Assembly: GCA_044892525.1 (NCBI GenBank)
Contig: CM097885.1
Span: 42,596,001-42,660,000, forward strand
Direction: 5' to 3'
Length of the DNA: 64,000 nt
From: Schmidtea polychroa
Lineage: Eukaryota
Position numbers and translations under genes: made by a program. The notes under the pieces were generated by a model, which worked only from the letters and a program-made list of their open reading frames with translations, was not told the origin of the DNA and searched no databases. This document shows positions 1 to 14,743 of the stretch, piece after piece. How positions within the stretch are numbered: the stretch's first letter is position 1; every line of letters begins with the position of its first letter.

Positions 1-379
1 AAAAAATTTCAATTCTCAAACACCTATTATTTCAACTTTTTGTTAATAAATTTAAAAATTATTACTTTAATTTACTTATTTAACTTTAATTTAAAATTTT
101 TTTACCATTGATTACTTAATTTAAAAATTTGGACCATAATTTACTGTAATTGAAAAATTTGGACCATAATTTACTTTTAATTGAAAAATTTACCACGTTT
201 TTTAGTGTAGACCACCTTTTTGTATTGAAGTTCTCAGGACCAAGGAGACCCCCTCACTATAGTGTGAATAATCCATGCTTTTTTAGTGGTAGTCGGATTA
301 TTGTATTGAAAAATTTTTTTTATTGAAAATCCCAGGACCATCGAGACCCATTGCTGCAGGGAGCTCCTAACTACCTACT
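1..379. mobile_element. Terminus of a Polinton-like element (family distinct from 32068-44978), with ~30-bp AT-rich subterminal tandem repeats
   Basis: Ends ...GGGAGCTCCTAACTACCTACT (reverse complement AGTAGGTAG..., a Polinton-type end). Near-identical to 7460-8235 and related to 1680-2700. Subterminal unit CCATAATTTACT(T/G)TAATTGAAAAATTTGGA. Confidence 0.6.
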
Positions 380-561
380 CACTTTGCGTTTCATTTAAAT
401 TTTATATTATAGTATGTCTTCTTTTTAATTATGTTACCCCTTTTTTGTTTCAACTTACGTCTCCTTTTTCTCCTATAAAAATTGTGTCTCTGAATATAAC
501 TTATTTTCTTTTATAGTCTACCATCCAATAACACTTTTAGAATAATTATTTTTACTTCCAG

Positions 562-670
562 TACATTATCTTGGATCGTCCGTAATTACCCTATTATCTT
601 TGACCATTGGAGATCTGTACACCGAAGCACATAAATTATATGCAACCCAGACAAATATTATGGGTAAATG
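562..670 (+). CDS. Possible internal host exon (xHYLGSSVITLLSLTIGDLYTEAHKLYATQTNIMGK), product unknown
   Basis: TTCCAG acceptor, G|GTAAAT donor, open frame and higher GC than flanks. No recognisable homology. Confidence 0.25.
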
Positions 671-1190
671 GTAAATTTAAAGTTATATTTTGCATTAAAT
701 TAATATTTTTTTCTCAATATTTTTCAAATATTTTTAATATTGTTATGTTAATAATAATTTTATTAAAATTAAAATTTCGTATTTATTATGAATTTCAGGG
801 AATATATAAATTAATTTATTATTAAAAATTTAATAAATTGTCATTTAATACATTTTTGAAAATATTCTAAAATGTTTTCAATTAAAAATAATTTTGGGAA
901 ATTTTTTACGTGATTCCAGTAATTTTCTCCTTGTTCCATGTTTTCGATCAATTTTTTTAACAATTTCTGATAATTTAAGAATTAACTTTAAATTTAATAT
1001 TTTAATGATAAAGTACGTTTTTTATGCTTTTCTCCATTATTTGCCTTAATTTCCGGTTATTTATTATTTTCCAAATTTCTAAGTTTTAAATAGAAATTTT
1101 TGCTCGTCTACGACTCATAGAAAAGTAAAACGTGATAAATCGCTAGAAAAATAAATAATATTTATATAAAAAATTCGAATTTTAACGTTG

Positions 1191-1294
1191 TTTAGAAATT
1201 TGGAAATTATAATAGTACAAGGAATTAGCAGTGTTTTTATAAATATAAAAACACTGCTAATTCCTTGTACTATTATAATTTCCAAATTTCTAAA
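1191..1294. repeat. Perfect palindrome, 51-bp arms with a 2-nt loop
   Basis: 1191-1241 is the exact reverse complement of 1244-1294. Confidence 0.95.
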
Positions 1295-1549
1295 TTTAAC
1301 CAAATAATGTAAATGTTCAAATACACGATTTTCATATTATTTAACTTCAGCCCTTAAACCTAAATTTGAAATTATATAACAAGTAAATTTATCAAATTTT
1401 CATTAAAAATACGAATCAGCATGTTATTATTTATGAAAATATTTCATCATTACAAGTCTGTCATGTTCAAATTTTACTCATTTATAATCACCATTTCAAG
1501 AAAATTAATCAGAATTTATCTCCATGTAAGTTATTATTATTATTATTAT

Positions 1550-4500
1550 TTCATAAAAATTTTCATTAAAAATTATCTTAAAAATTATTCTATTAAAATT
1601 TCCATTAAAAATTACCATTGAAAATTATTCATAAAAATTTCTATTAAAAATTACTTAAAAAATAATTCATTAAAATTTCCATTAAAAAATTTCAATTCTC
1701 AAACACCTTCTATTTTTGTTAATAAATTTAAAAATCTTACTTTAATTTATTACATTACTTTAATTTACTTATTTAAAAATTATTACTTTAATTTACTTAT
1801 TTAACTTTAATTTAAATTTTTTTTTACCATTGATTATTTAATTTTAAAATTTGGACCTTAATTAACTTTAATTTAATTTTTAGAACCATAATTTACTTTA
1901 ATTTTAAAATTTTTGACCATTATTTACTGTAATTTAAAATATTTGGACCATTATTTACTTTAATTTAATTTTTTAGAACCATTATTTACTTTAATTTAAA
2001 AATTTGGATCATAATTTACTTTAATTTAAATTTTTGGACTGTAATTCAAAAATTTTGACCATAATTTACTTTAATTTAATTTTTAAGAACCATAATTTAC
2101 TTTAATTTAATTTTTAAGAACCATAATTTACTTTAATTTAAAAATTTGGACCATAATTTACTGTAATTTAATTTTTTAGAACCATTATTTACTTTAATTG
2201 AAAAATCTTAGCCCATAATTTACTTATTTAGACCATAATTTACTTTATTTCAAAAATAAATCTGAACCTTGATTTACTTAAATTTTTAGACCCATCATTT
2301 ACTTTATTTTTAAATTTTAGACCCATAATTTACTTTATTTTAAAAATTTACTATGCGTTTTTTAATGTAAACCACCTTTTCTATTGAAATTCTCATGACC
2401 AAGAAGATCCCCTCACTATAGTGTGAAAAATCCATGCTTTTTTATTGAAGACTACCTTTTTCTATTGAAATTCTCAGGACCAAGGAGACCCACCCAAATA
2501 ATATTTATCCTTGGCTTGTTTATTGAAAAAAAAAAAAAAAAAAAAAAAAAATTTGTATTTAAAATCCCAGAAAACATTGGGCATTACGGCAACAATTATG
2601 TAATCAAAAAATGTCTACGGAAAAAGTTATGCAATCAAAAGTTTGCAACATTTTTTACCCCCCCCCCCCTATTGCTGCCGTAAGCCACTAACTACCTACT
2701 CAAGTACTCACAACCGACAACAACCAGGTACTAAGCATTAATTACCAAGTACCTACAACCGCATACCAACTACTTACAACCAACATCAAACAGATACCTA
2801 CAACTAGATACCAAGTACCAACAATCAACTAACCACACATAAAAATAATAGCAATTAAATAAAAAAATATTCTTCATCACATCACTATCTTATCAAAATC
2901 TAAAAAGTCAACCAACTACTTACAACCAACAACTATGTACTAACAAATAGATCTTTAAAAGAAAATCCTCTTCACTTGCAATATTGGTAACACTCAACCA
3001 CCACCTACCCATTAACTAGTTACCATGTACTAACAACTAGGTTTCAAACAACTAAATACTTAAAACTTACAACCAGATACCTACAACTAGTTACTAACAA
3101 CCACCATCAAAACCCATCGAGAAATTAACAACACTGTACCAACTACTAAATACAAGATACCAACAACTAGATACCAAATACCAACAATCAACTAACCACA
3201 CATAAAAATAATAGCAATTAAATAAAAAAATATTCTTCATCACATCACTATCTTATCAAAATCTAAAAAGTCAACCAACTACTTACAACCAACAACTATG
3301 TACTAACAAATTGATCTTTAAAAGAAAATACTCATCACTTGAAAAAATTGGATGAAAAATTAATTGAACTCAAGTCATCAATAACTTGATAAAAATTGAT
3401 TAAATAATTATAAAAATTTAAATTATTCAAAATAAATATCATAAAAATGTAATTAATGGACAAGAAAGAATTCTAATAATTAATCATCCAGTAAATAAAA
3501 AAAATATTGATCATTCAAGTTGAATCAACTAAGATAATAAATTAATAAAAATTTTGAAATAAGATCTAATAAATAATTGATTTAGATTGAATAAATTAAT
3601 TGAAATAAAATTAATTTTAATTATTTTTGTAAAAGTAATGCATGTACTCAAATTGATTGACTGAATGCTCAAAATATTCAAAAATCAGTATGAATTCATT
3701 AAAATTATCAATGTCGTCAATCTACAATAAAAATAATTATCATTAAATTCCAAAAGAGACTAGATAACTAATGATAACATCTAATAAACCAGTAAATTCA
3801 TTTAAATGACAATAATTGGTATATCCAAGTGAATTCTCTAATAAAATCATCTAAAAAGAATCATTTCCCCCTAAATATATCACAAAAATGATAGAAATTC
3901 ACAAAAAACGATAAAAATTCACAAAAAACGATAAAAATTCACAAAAATAATAGAAATTCACAAAAATGATAGAAATCCGCAAAAATAATAGAAATTCACA
4001 AAAATGATAAAAATTCATAAAAATGATAGAAATTCATGAAAATAATAGAAATTTACTTGAATATTTACTAAAACCATCAACTCTAAAAGTTATCAATTCC
4101 TTAAACAACAAATTTGCCTAAATAATCATTCAAATAAAAGCATTAAATGCCTTTATGATCAGTACCCTTGCGACATGTTGAAATTGAGTAGTACCCTTGT
4201 GAGCAATACCCATAAGGGGACAGAATATTTTGTCGGATAAACTCAGAGTATATATTAATTAACTTATTCAAATTTATCATTGAATTATATATTATATATC
4301 ATCTCCAGTTAGGTATTTGATGGTAAATATTTGTAGGAAATAATGAGTTTATTATATCTTTGTTACATAAGTCGACTTTAGCGTCAAAATGTGTTTTTAA
4401 AATATATTTAAATTTGAAAATACCGCAACGTAATATATTTTCCCTACCCTTCCATGATTTTGATTGGTTAGTGGGCTCTTATTATTTAGCTTCTAAATTA

Positions 4501-7500
4501 TTTCAATGGAAGAATATTTGGTGTCTATAACAGTTTATGAAAATTCATATTTTTTGAAGAATTCTCTAAGGATTTTTAGATGATTGACTGAATTAAAGGG
4601 GATATAACCTCAAGGGATATAGTTGGTTAGATATTGAAGTTTAAAGTGGTAGAAATATTTACTGAGAAATCAGATAAGATGGGAAGATATGTTTTTATTG
4701 GGGATATAGTCGGTTAAATTTAATGAGAGATGGGTTTAGATGGGGATATAGTCGGTTAAATTTAATGAGGGATACGTTAAGATCGGTTAAGATGGGATAT
4801 TGTCGGTTAGATTTAATGAGAGATGGGTTTAGATGGGAATATATGTTTTTATGGGGGGTATAGTCGGTTAAATTTAATGAGGGATGGGTTAAGATGGGAA
4901 TATATGATTTTTTTAATGGTGATGTTGGTAAAATATCAATGTTTTAAGGGAAATTGCAATTAGTCAGTTATGAATGAATAATAATGTGAAATTATATTGT
5001 TTTATTAGGTTGTGATTAATTCATTGTATATTAATTTAGATTTATGTTTTAGAACAATGTTCTATTAAGTAGGGATAATGATCGATTTACTTGGTTTTGA
5101 CAATAAAATCTTTACAGATAATTGGGATTGATATCAACTTTAATTTATTTTTATCTTTATTTAGATGGACAACGACAAAAGTTGAGAAATATTGATTGAA
5201 AACATCGACAACTAAATAAAATTGATCTTTATTGGAAGGAATTTATCGATTGATTTTAATTAATAATTAGATCGGTTGAATATCGGTAAAAATGATCATT
5301 TGAAGAAATATATTTTATTGAATGGATAAATTTAATCTTTCAATGGGACCTAGACAGTTATATTGTACAGTAATAATTATTTTAAATTTCAAATAGAGTG
5401 ATTTATTTTTAGAATAAAAATTTAATTATAACTGGTTTTATCAATAGTGAAATACGTATGATAATAGGAATTAAAGATATAATTATAGTCATTTAAAGGG
5501 ATTTTAAGCAATCTTATTAGTCTGAGGGGAATATATGATCTTTTAAGGGTACTTATCATTAAAATATCAATCTTTAGAGTTATTTCAATGAAATTTGAAG
5601 CTTTTTAGATGATATTTGTAATAATACGAATTAAGGGTCGAAATATAGTCATTTAAGGGATTTTAAGGAATCTTGTTAGTTTGAGGTGAATATATGATCT
5701 TTAACAATTATTTATCATTAAAATACCAATCTTTAAATATTGATATATTTAGGGAGAAATGATTCTTTTTAGATGATTTTATTAGAGAATTCACTTGGAT
5801 ATACCAATTATTGTCATTTAAATGAATTTACTGGTTTATTAGATGTTATCATTAGTTATCTAGTCTCTTTTGGAATTTAATGATAATTATTTTTATTGTA
5901 GATTGACGACATTGATAATTTTAATGAATTCATACTGATTTTGAATATTTTGAGCATTCAGTCAATCAATTTGAGTACATGTATTACTTTTACAAAAATA
6001 ATTAAAATTAATTTTATTTCAATTAATTTATTCAATCTAAATCAAGTATTTATTAGATCTTATTTCAAAATTTTTATTAATTTATTATCTTAGTTGATTC
6101 AACTTGAATGATCAATATTTTTTTTATTTACTGGATGATTAATTATTAGAATTCTTTCTTGTCCATTAATTACATTTTTATGATATTTATTTTGAATAAT
6201 TTAAATTTTTATAATTATTTAATCAATTTTTATCAAGTTATTGATGACTTGAGTTCAATTAATTTTTCATCCAATTTTTTCAAGTGATGAGTATTTTCTT
6301 TTAAAGATCAATTTGTTAGTACATAGTTGTTGGTTGTAAGTAGTTGGTTGACTTTTTAGATTTTGATAAGATAGTGATGTGATGAAGAATATTTTTTTAT
6401 TTAATTGCTATTATTTTTATGTGTGGTTAGTTGATTGTTGGTACTTGGTATCTAGTTGTAGGTATCTGGTTGATGTTGGTTGTAAGTAGTTGGTATGCGG
6501 TTGTAGGTACTTGGTAATTAATGCTTAGTACCTGGTTGTTGTCGGTTGTGAGTACTTGGTATCTAGTTGTTAGCTGGTTGTTTTTGGTTGTTAGTACTTG
6601 GTACCTAGTTGGTTACTTGTTTTTGGTTGTTACTACTTATTAGGTGGTTTTAGGTACTTGGTATCAGGTAACTGGTTGTTAGTAACTAGTTGTAGGTACT
6701 TAGTAGTTAATAATTAATGCTTAGTACCTGGTTGTTAGTACTTGGTACCTAGTTGGTTGCTTGTTTTTGGTTGTTAGTACTTATTAGGTGGTTGTAGGTT
6801 TCTGGTTGTTTGAGAGTTAGTTAGTACGTGGTATCTAGTTGTTAGTATCTAGTTGTAGGTAGTTAGTAGTTAATAATTAATGCTTAGTACCTGGTTGATG
6901 TTGGTTGTAAGTACTTGGTATCTAGTACCTAGTTGGTTGTAGGTACTTAGTAGTTGGTATCTGGTACCTAGTTGATTGCTTGTTTTTGGTTGTTAGTACT
7001 TGTGAGGTGGTTGTATTTACTTGGTATCTAGTTGTTAGTATCTTGTTGTAGGTAGTTAGTAGTTAATAATTAATGCTTAGTACCTGGTTGATGTTGGTTG
7101 TATGTACTTGGTAGGTGGTAGTTAGTTGTTAGCTGGTTGTTGTGGCTTGTAAGTACTTGGTAGGCTATAGCTAGTTGTTAGTTGTTTTTTTTTTAGTTGT
7201 TAGTATTTGGTAGTTGGTTGTAGGTACTTGGTTGATAATGCTTAGTAGCTGGTTGTTGTCGGTTGTGAGTAGTTGGTATCAGGTTGTTAGTAACTTGTTG
7301 TAGGTATCTGGTTGTAAATACATGTTCGTAAGTTACTGGTTTTTGGTACTAAGTTGTTGGTTTGTTGTTGAATTATTATTAAAATTTGTCTTTGAAAAAT
7401 ATTTCATTAAAATTTCTATTAAAAATTACTTAAAAAATTATTTCATAAAAATTTTCATTAAAAAATTTCAATTCTCAAACACCTTCTATTATTTCAACTT

Positions 7501-8235
7501 TTTGTTAATAAATTTAAAAATCTTACTTTAATTTACTTATTACATTACTTTAATTTACTTATTTAAAAATTATTACTTTAATTTACTTATTTAACTTTAA
7601 TTTAAAATTTTTTTACCATTGATTACTTAATTTAAAAATTTGGACCATAATTTACTTTAATTGAAAAATTTGGACCATAATTTACTGTAATTGAAAAATT
7701 TGGACCATAATTTACTGTAATTTAATTTTTAAGAACCATAATTTACTTTAATTGAAAAATTTGGACCATAATTTACTTTTAATTGAAAAATTTGAACCAT
7801 AATTTACTTTAATTGAAAAATTTACCACGTTTTTTAGTGTAGACCACCTTTTTGTATTGAAGTTCTCAGGACCAAGGAAACCCCCTCACTATAGTGTGAA
7901 TAATCCATGCTTTTTTAGTGGTAGTCGGATTTTTGTATTGAAAAATTTTTTTTGTATTGAAAATCCCAGGACTATCGAGACCTCCTCACTATAGTCTGAA
8001 AATTCCATGCTTTTTTATTGAGACCACCTTTTTCTATTGAAAAAAAATTTTTTGTATTGAAAATCCCAGGACCATCGAGACCCCCTCACTATAGTCTGTT
8101 AAAAAAAAATTTGAACCAAAAATCCCTGAACGCAAAATATGTGAGTTCCAGCAATTGCGTAATCAAAAGTTGCAGCAGAACCCCCCCCCCCCCGCTGGGG
8201 GGGTCATTGCTGCAGGGAGCTCCTAACTACCTACT
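1550..8235. mobile_element. Rearranged non-autonomous Polinton-like element with long inverted arms
   Basis: ~2700-3870 is inverted relative to ~5750-6560. GTT/CAA-rich subterminal repeats are present. CTACCTACT termini lie at 2700 and 8235. 4160-4445 resembles the TIR of the 32068-44978 element. No coding capacity. Confidence 0.55.
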
Positions 8236-8239
8236 AAAG

Positions 8240-8740
8240 TGAATTACGAAATTACCAGAGAAAACATTGTCAGATCGAAAAAGTAATCTAAAACAAATTA
8301 AAGTTATTAATCGCGGGTATCAAGTAATTTCAAGTTAAAATCATGAAAAAGCTAGACCGATTTTAGCGATAATATGAAGACGTGGCTAATTAGACATTTA
8401 GTAGGTAAGTAGTATCTCTTTTCGAAATAATGTTCCTCCACCAAATGTTTCTGTTTCTCAAAGAACATTGTTTACCAAATTACTTGTACAAGATATGACG
8501 CATCATACATAGGCGAAACACATAGAACGTTCCAAACAAGACTGAACGAACAAGTCAAGAACAAAACCAGCAATTATCACGAATACTAGAAAAAAGTCCA
8601 CAAATCAGCACCACTCTTACACGAAACAAGATGCAAAATGTTACAAGATGCGTTCAAAAATTCAATGCAAAGATTAGCGGAGACTCTTTATATCAAAAAA
8701 CTAAAATCGTCCATCAACATTGAACTAAATTAATTAATTA
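8240..8740 (+). pseudogene. Penelope-like element remnant, GIY-YIG endonuclease domain
   Basis: From 8461 translates KNIVYQITCTRYDASYIGETHRTFQTRLNE (VY...YIG.T.R...R..E motif). Decayed downstream. Confidence 0.8.
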
Positions 8741-9875
8741 GATTTAAAATTTAAAATTAAAAAATATATATAAAATATAAAACACGTTTTTTTATAAAAT
8801 AAAATATTAAAAATTTAAAAATTAAATTAAATTATAAAATTTAAAAAATAGGAAATATTATTTGGGTAATTAAAATAAAATATAAATAAAATATAAATAT
8901 TATAAAATACGAAATAAATTTATTTTTCCCCAACAATAATTATTAAATGTAATAATGATCAAATTTACTTGAAAAAGGCAGTGCCGAAAATTCGTGAGTA
9001 TTAACAAACATCGATATATTACTGATTTATAGTCTTGAAACTCTCTTTTTAATAAACTTATTTTTATGTCGGATATATCAGATTTACTGTACTCGCTTTA
9101 TTAGGTGTCCTCGCCCAGGACAGATTCAAATTAATTCTTTATTCATTATGTATATATATGTATGAATTATACCAAAATACATTAGAAAATTTAATTGAAA
9201 ATGATCCAAATTTCTAAAGGTTCTGCTGGGTAAAACGAGGTGTGGTGAACATTTATTCGTTAAAAGAAAAAAAATAAGATGGGTCATACTAGTTTAGACA
9301 TGCCTCTAAGCCCAACCCAGACCATCTTTTTACTAAATTTGTGTTTATCTTTTAAATTTTTATTAAATTCTGTATTTTTATACAAAATTATATATTGAAT
9401 ATCAACAAAAACCTCGATATTCATAGTCAAGATATTTATTTCATAAAATCATAGTCAAGATTTTTAATAAATACAATGAAAATTAAATATAAAAATTCAT
9501 TTTTAATTAAAATTCGATCTTCATTATTATTTTCGCTTAAAATGTAGTTATCATTGTAAAACGACATAAATTTTTTTTGCGGTGCTTCTATTAACCCTCT
9601 GTTTCCAGGAACGCAATATAATTATTGCTGTATAATTATTTAGAAAACTATGTATAATACTGTATAATGCATATTAATAATATAACAATATTAATTTTTA
9701 CACATAAAAATTGATGAAATAAATTCTGGAAAAGGGAAAATACCGAATTAGAACCATAGTGGTGACATGTAACATAATTTGCATGAGTTTGTACTGTTAT
9801 TTTGATGGTAACCGACGAGTTCACCGAAAACAAATTCATCGAATGCAAATTTCTCGAAAGTTCATAGAAAAAATT

Positions 9876-9978
<103 letters not shown>

Positions 9979-10456
9979 TTAATATACTCTTGCAACATGT
10001 TGAGTGTGACCAGTACCCTATGACAGTGATGCCTAAACTATGGCCCGAGAGCCAAATCTGGCCCGCCAGCTTTAATTCTTTGGCCCTCGAAGCGTTTAAT
10101 AAATCATATAATTTTATACAAAAATTTAATTTTTTTTTCAAAACTTAATCAAAGAAAAAAAAATTTACCAATTTTATTTTTTAATATCAAAATAAAAATA
10201 AGAAAAAATATGTTCTATATATATATGTATTTTGCGCCGTAGTTAGGAGAAAATTCTCAAAAGCTTTATGTTTTATAGTTGTTTTAATAATCTGTGGAAA
10301 AGGCCGCAGCATTAAAATTACTTTCTTCTTAACTTTTTAAAAAGTGAAAAAATTCTGTTAGTTTTTAAATTTATACTTAGGTAAGGTAATTTTTTTATTT
10401 TCTAATTAGTGATAAAAAACATTATTTAATAGTCAAATAGAAACTCAAATTTCCTA

Positions 10457-13440
10457 ATGGCATTTAATAAGAAAAGAAGAATTGATGATGAAACCAGAAA
10501 TTTCCAGGAAATATGGAAAACAAAATACTTTTGTATTCCGGAAAAGCAAAAAAAATACCATTACTTGTTTGGTATGCCAAACTACAATTTCAGTTATGAA
10601 AGAATATAATATTAGGCGTCACTATGAAACTAATCATAAAAGTCGAGATGTACTTACTAAAGATGCGCGTATTGAAAAACTGAACTATTTTACAAATTCA
10701 CTGTCGATGCAACAAAAATTGTTCATCACAAAAAATGATGAAAACTTAGCTTGTGTTACAGCTGGATTTAAACTTTCTCACCTTATTGCTGCTTCGGGCA
10801 GACCATTTAATGACGGCGAATTTTTAAAAAAATGCATAATTGATGCAGTATCAACTATCCTTCCGGAAAAAGTTAAACTTTTTGAAAATATTTCGCTTTC
10901 CAGAAATACCGTGACTAGAAGAACTGAACAAATTTCTGAAAATATCAATATACAGCTTAAAGATCGAATTAAAACATTTCAGAATTTTTCTATTGCTCTT
11001 GATGAAAGCACTGATGTGGTAGATACAGCGCAATTACTTATTTTCATAAGAGGTGTGGATTGCGATTTGAATATAACAGAAGAGCTAGCAGAACTGTCTT
11101 CATTATATGGATAACAACAGGACAATATATATTTGATAGTATAAAAATGTGTTTCGACAAATTGCAATTAAATTGGGAAAACCTATTTATTGTTACAACG
11201 GATGGAGCTCGAAGTATGACCGGTGATATTATTGGACTCAGGGAAAAAATTTAGGCTCATCATCCTTGCTCTCACTATTTAATTTATTTAACTCACCAGA
11301 CTCACACCTCAACAAAATCACACCCAGATTTTAACTCATCAGACTCACATCTCAACAAGATCACACCGATTTTCTCAAACATGGATCCTTAGGATTTTTA
11401 ATAAATTTGTCAACAGTCTCTTTCACCATAATTACTAAAAAGGATTTTGAATAACCGTTCTTCATTAACAATTCAACCAATATGTCAACACTTTACTGAA
11501 TTTTTAAAAGTAGAAGACAAAGACCATGCACGATAAATCAACCCATTCACCATATTTCTTTTATACTTGAATTCACAAAAACATTCGGAAGAAGTATAGA
11601 GACCAGTATCAGTTGGTTTTCTATAAATCTCTGTCTCATAGTATTTCTCTTTGCGTTGTATTAACAGATTCAAGAAAGCAAGCGATGATTTTTTCTCCGT
11701 TTCACATGTGAATACAATGTTTTTATGTAGATTATTCATAGAATGCAAAAACGGGTCAACATGCCTCTGATTTTCAAATATAAGAAAAATATCATCCACA
11801 TACCGTTTATAAACAGTGGGTTTCATACATTGGAAAGATGCAATTTTCTTTCCTAAGCTTGTTAAAAAATTTGAAGCCATCGTTGGTGCTAAAAGAGAAC
11901 CCATAGCAACTCCATCTATTTGTTGATACCATTCATTATTGAAAAGAAAATTGATTTTTGAAGTTGCAAATACAAGAAGTTCACGAAATACTGTTCTATC
12001 CAAAATATGATGTTCAGAAATATTTTCATTCCATAACAAGCAACATAATTCAATTGTTTCAACCAATGGTACATTAGTAAACAGACTACAAACATCAAAC
12101 GAAACCATAATTTCATCCATACTTTGTCTATCATATTGTGCAATGCAGGAAACAAATTCAAAACTATCTTTACATTCAAATTCTGATCGTATTAATGGTT
12201 TCAATAATCCATCCAAAAATTTGGCTATTTTATACTGGGCAGTGCCAATCATGGATAAAACCGGTCTCATAGATACGCTATCTTTATGGATTTTTGTAAG
12301 CCCATACATTTTTGCTGGTTGTGATCCTATTGGGCGAATAGATTTAAACAACTCTTCATCAATTTGCTTATTTTTGCTTATATATTTGATAGTATAAAAA
12401 TGTGTTTCGAAAAATTGCAATTAAATTGGGAGAACCTATTTATTGTTACATCGGATGGAGCTCGAAGTGTGACCAGTGATAATATTGGACTCAGGGGAAA
12501 AATTAATGAAAAGTTAACTTCATTAGGATTGAAAAAACCTTTATATTTGCACTGCATTATACATCAATATAATTTATTGGCAAAAACTTTGAAGTTTGAA
12601 GATGTTATGAAAACTGTTATTTCTACTGTCAATTTCATACGACACAACAAACTTAACCATCGTGAATTTAGAAATTTTTTGGATGAAACTGATGCAGAAT
12701 AAGACGACGTTATTTATTTCGCTGAAGTTGGATGGCTAAGTAAAGGTAAAGTATTATTACGTTTTTTCAACCTACGAAAAGAAATAATCACATTTTGTAA
12801 TGAAAAAAATCATTTAATTCCTGAGCTTGAAGATGATGTTTGGTTGTGGAAATAAGCATTTTTAACGGATTTGGTTGATCATATGAACAAATATATTAAT
12901 AAAATGCAAGGCAATATGAAATTAGTTAGCGAGCTATATTCAAACGTGCAAAGCTTTTCAACAACATTAACACTATTTCACAGACAAATATCTGAGAATA
13001 ATTTCCAGCATTTCAAAATTTGCGATACTTTAAAAAAATCCGATGAACTTAAAACCAATATACAAATTAATATATTCATTGATACAATAAAATTATTGAT
13101 AAGAAATATGGAAGACAGATTTTCAGATTTCGGCAATATATTAAATGAAATAACACTATTTGAAAATTCTTTTACATTTGACGTCGATGAAGCATTTCCA
13201 GATGTACAGCTTGAACTTTGCCAGTTACAAGTACTAATAGTTTGAAAGTAAGTTTCACTGAAAAACATTGGTAGAGTTTTATAAAGGACTATCGAAACAA
13301 GATTTTCCTAAACTGAGAATATTTGCATCAGAAATGTTGTCAATTTTTGGTAGCTCATACATATGTGAACAAACTTATTCAAAAATGAAAAATGCATAAA
13401 CGAATAACAGAAATAAACTATCAGATAATCATTTGTATTA
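10457..13440 (+). pseudogene. hAT transposase, frameshifted and interrupted by a Penelope fragment
   Basis: CLVC...RHYETNH zinc finger, SIALDESTD (first D), TTDGARSM (second D), HCIIH, and C-terminal FGSSYICEQ, spread over ORFs 10482-11114, 12364-12702 and 12871-13245. Confidence 0.9.
11252..12378 (-). mobile_element. Penelope-like retroelement fragment (reverse transcriptase)
   Basis: ORF 11485-12420 has MYGLTKIHK..MRPVLS, SFDVCSLFTNVP, YQQIDGVAMGS, RYVDDIF and YRKPTDTG motifs. Flanked by a 126-bp direct duplication of the host hAT sequence. Confidence 0.9.
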
Positions 13441-14571
13441 CATAATTGGATTTATACTTTTTAATATGATTGAAAAAAAAATTTTTGTGGCCCACTGAAT
13501 CATGTAAATTTCATTTTTGGCCCAAGTAAAAATAAGTTTGGCCACCACTGCCCTATGACCAATACCCATAGGGGGACAAAATATCTTTTCGGATAAACTT
13601 TGAGTATATATAATAAAACTATAATAATAATGATGTCTTTGTTAATTGCAATGTCATTGTTTAAATTGTGGTATAAAAACACACTCAATTAGTTTGATAT
13701 ATGGTTTTAAAAATTTCGCTTTCGAATAAACCTTTTCGAGATCCTACAAATTCTAGTTTAATGGCAACATTTGAACAACATCGACCCGAATAAACTTCCC
13801 CAAACGAACCTTAAAAAATTCTTATATATTTAATATTTGATCTCTTATTAATTAATCAGATATTTTTATAAATAATAATTAATCATTTGTTATTGTTTCC
13901 ATATTATCAACAAACAATGTTTTTTCGGCGAACTTGTAATTTGACGAACGTGCATTCGATAAACTTTCATTTGATGAACTTGTTTTCGATGAACTCGAAG
14001 TGAATCTATTTTGATATAGGATAAATTGACTTCTTTTCATGAAAGGCGATTTTAACTGTGAAAATTATTTGAATATGAAATTTAAATTCAACACGTAAAT
14101 TCTTCTTGTATATTATAAAATTATAGAAAACTTAATTTTTGTTTTTCAAAATTTCATGAATTTTGTTTCTATTACGCCTTAATCTATCTCCTTAAGCATA
14201 TTTACTTATGTTTTTAAGAAAAATTTATCTATTTTCCATCAACGATAATGTCTATTAATTCCTACTTATAATACCTGTTTACAATATGATTATATCCTTT
14301 AAGACGATTACTGACATCTTACATGCATTTTGTTCTCTAGTTACTTACACAATTTGTATATTTTTGTATATTTTTGTATAATTTTCAATGATTAAAACAT
14401 AATAAGTAATAAATTATTTTTTCTTTGTTTGCTGACTGAAAACTAATGTTTCAAATGGTCATTCATAAAAAAATAATAAAGAATAGTATGTTATTTCAAG
14501 GATTTTTTATTTATAGATTGTGGCAAGATTTTGGTATCAATTAGCTTTTGCTCGTTATCCAAAATAAATTG

Positions 14572-14610
<39 letters not shown>

Positions 14611-14743
14611 TGATTTTTTCACAATTGAGCATAATTAATTATAATTATAAGATAATATATTGAATTTTCACAATTGAGCTTAATTAATTATAATTATAAA
14701 TTTTTAAAATTATTAGTATATTAATATCACGAATCAGGATTAA

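Larger units (their letters stand above)
10024..13550 (+). mobile_element. hAT DNA transposon (Buster/Charlie/SPIN, GTF2IRD2/EPM2AIP1-like transposase), decayed
   Basis: TIRs CAGTGATGCCTAAACT / AGTTTGGCCACCACTG. Perfect 8-bp TSD CCCTATGA (10016-10023, 13551-13558). Confidence 0.95.

Noticed and set aside
2700..7360. GTT/CAA-rich tracts as telomeric repeats
   Set aside because: No TTAGGG-type periodicity; they are degenerate subterminal repeats of the inverted arms.
9591..9740. TTAA-CCCT start of a small piggyBac-like element
   Set aside because: No convincing matching end with TTAA.
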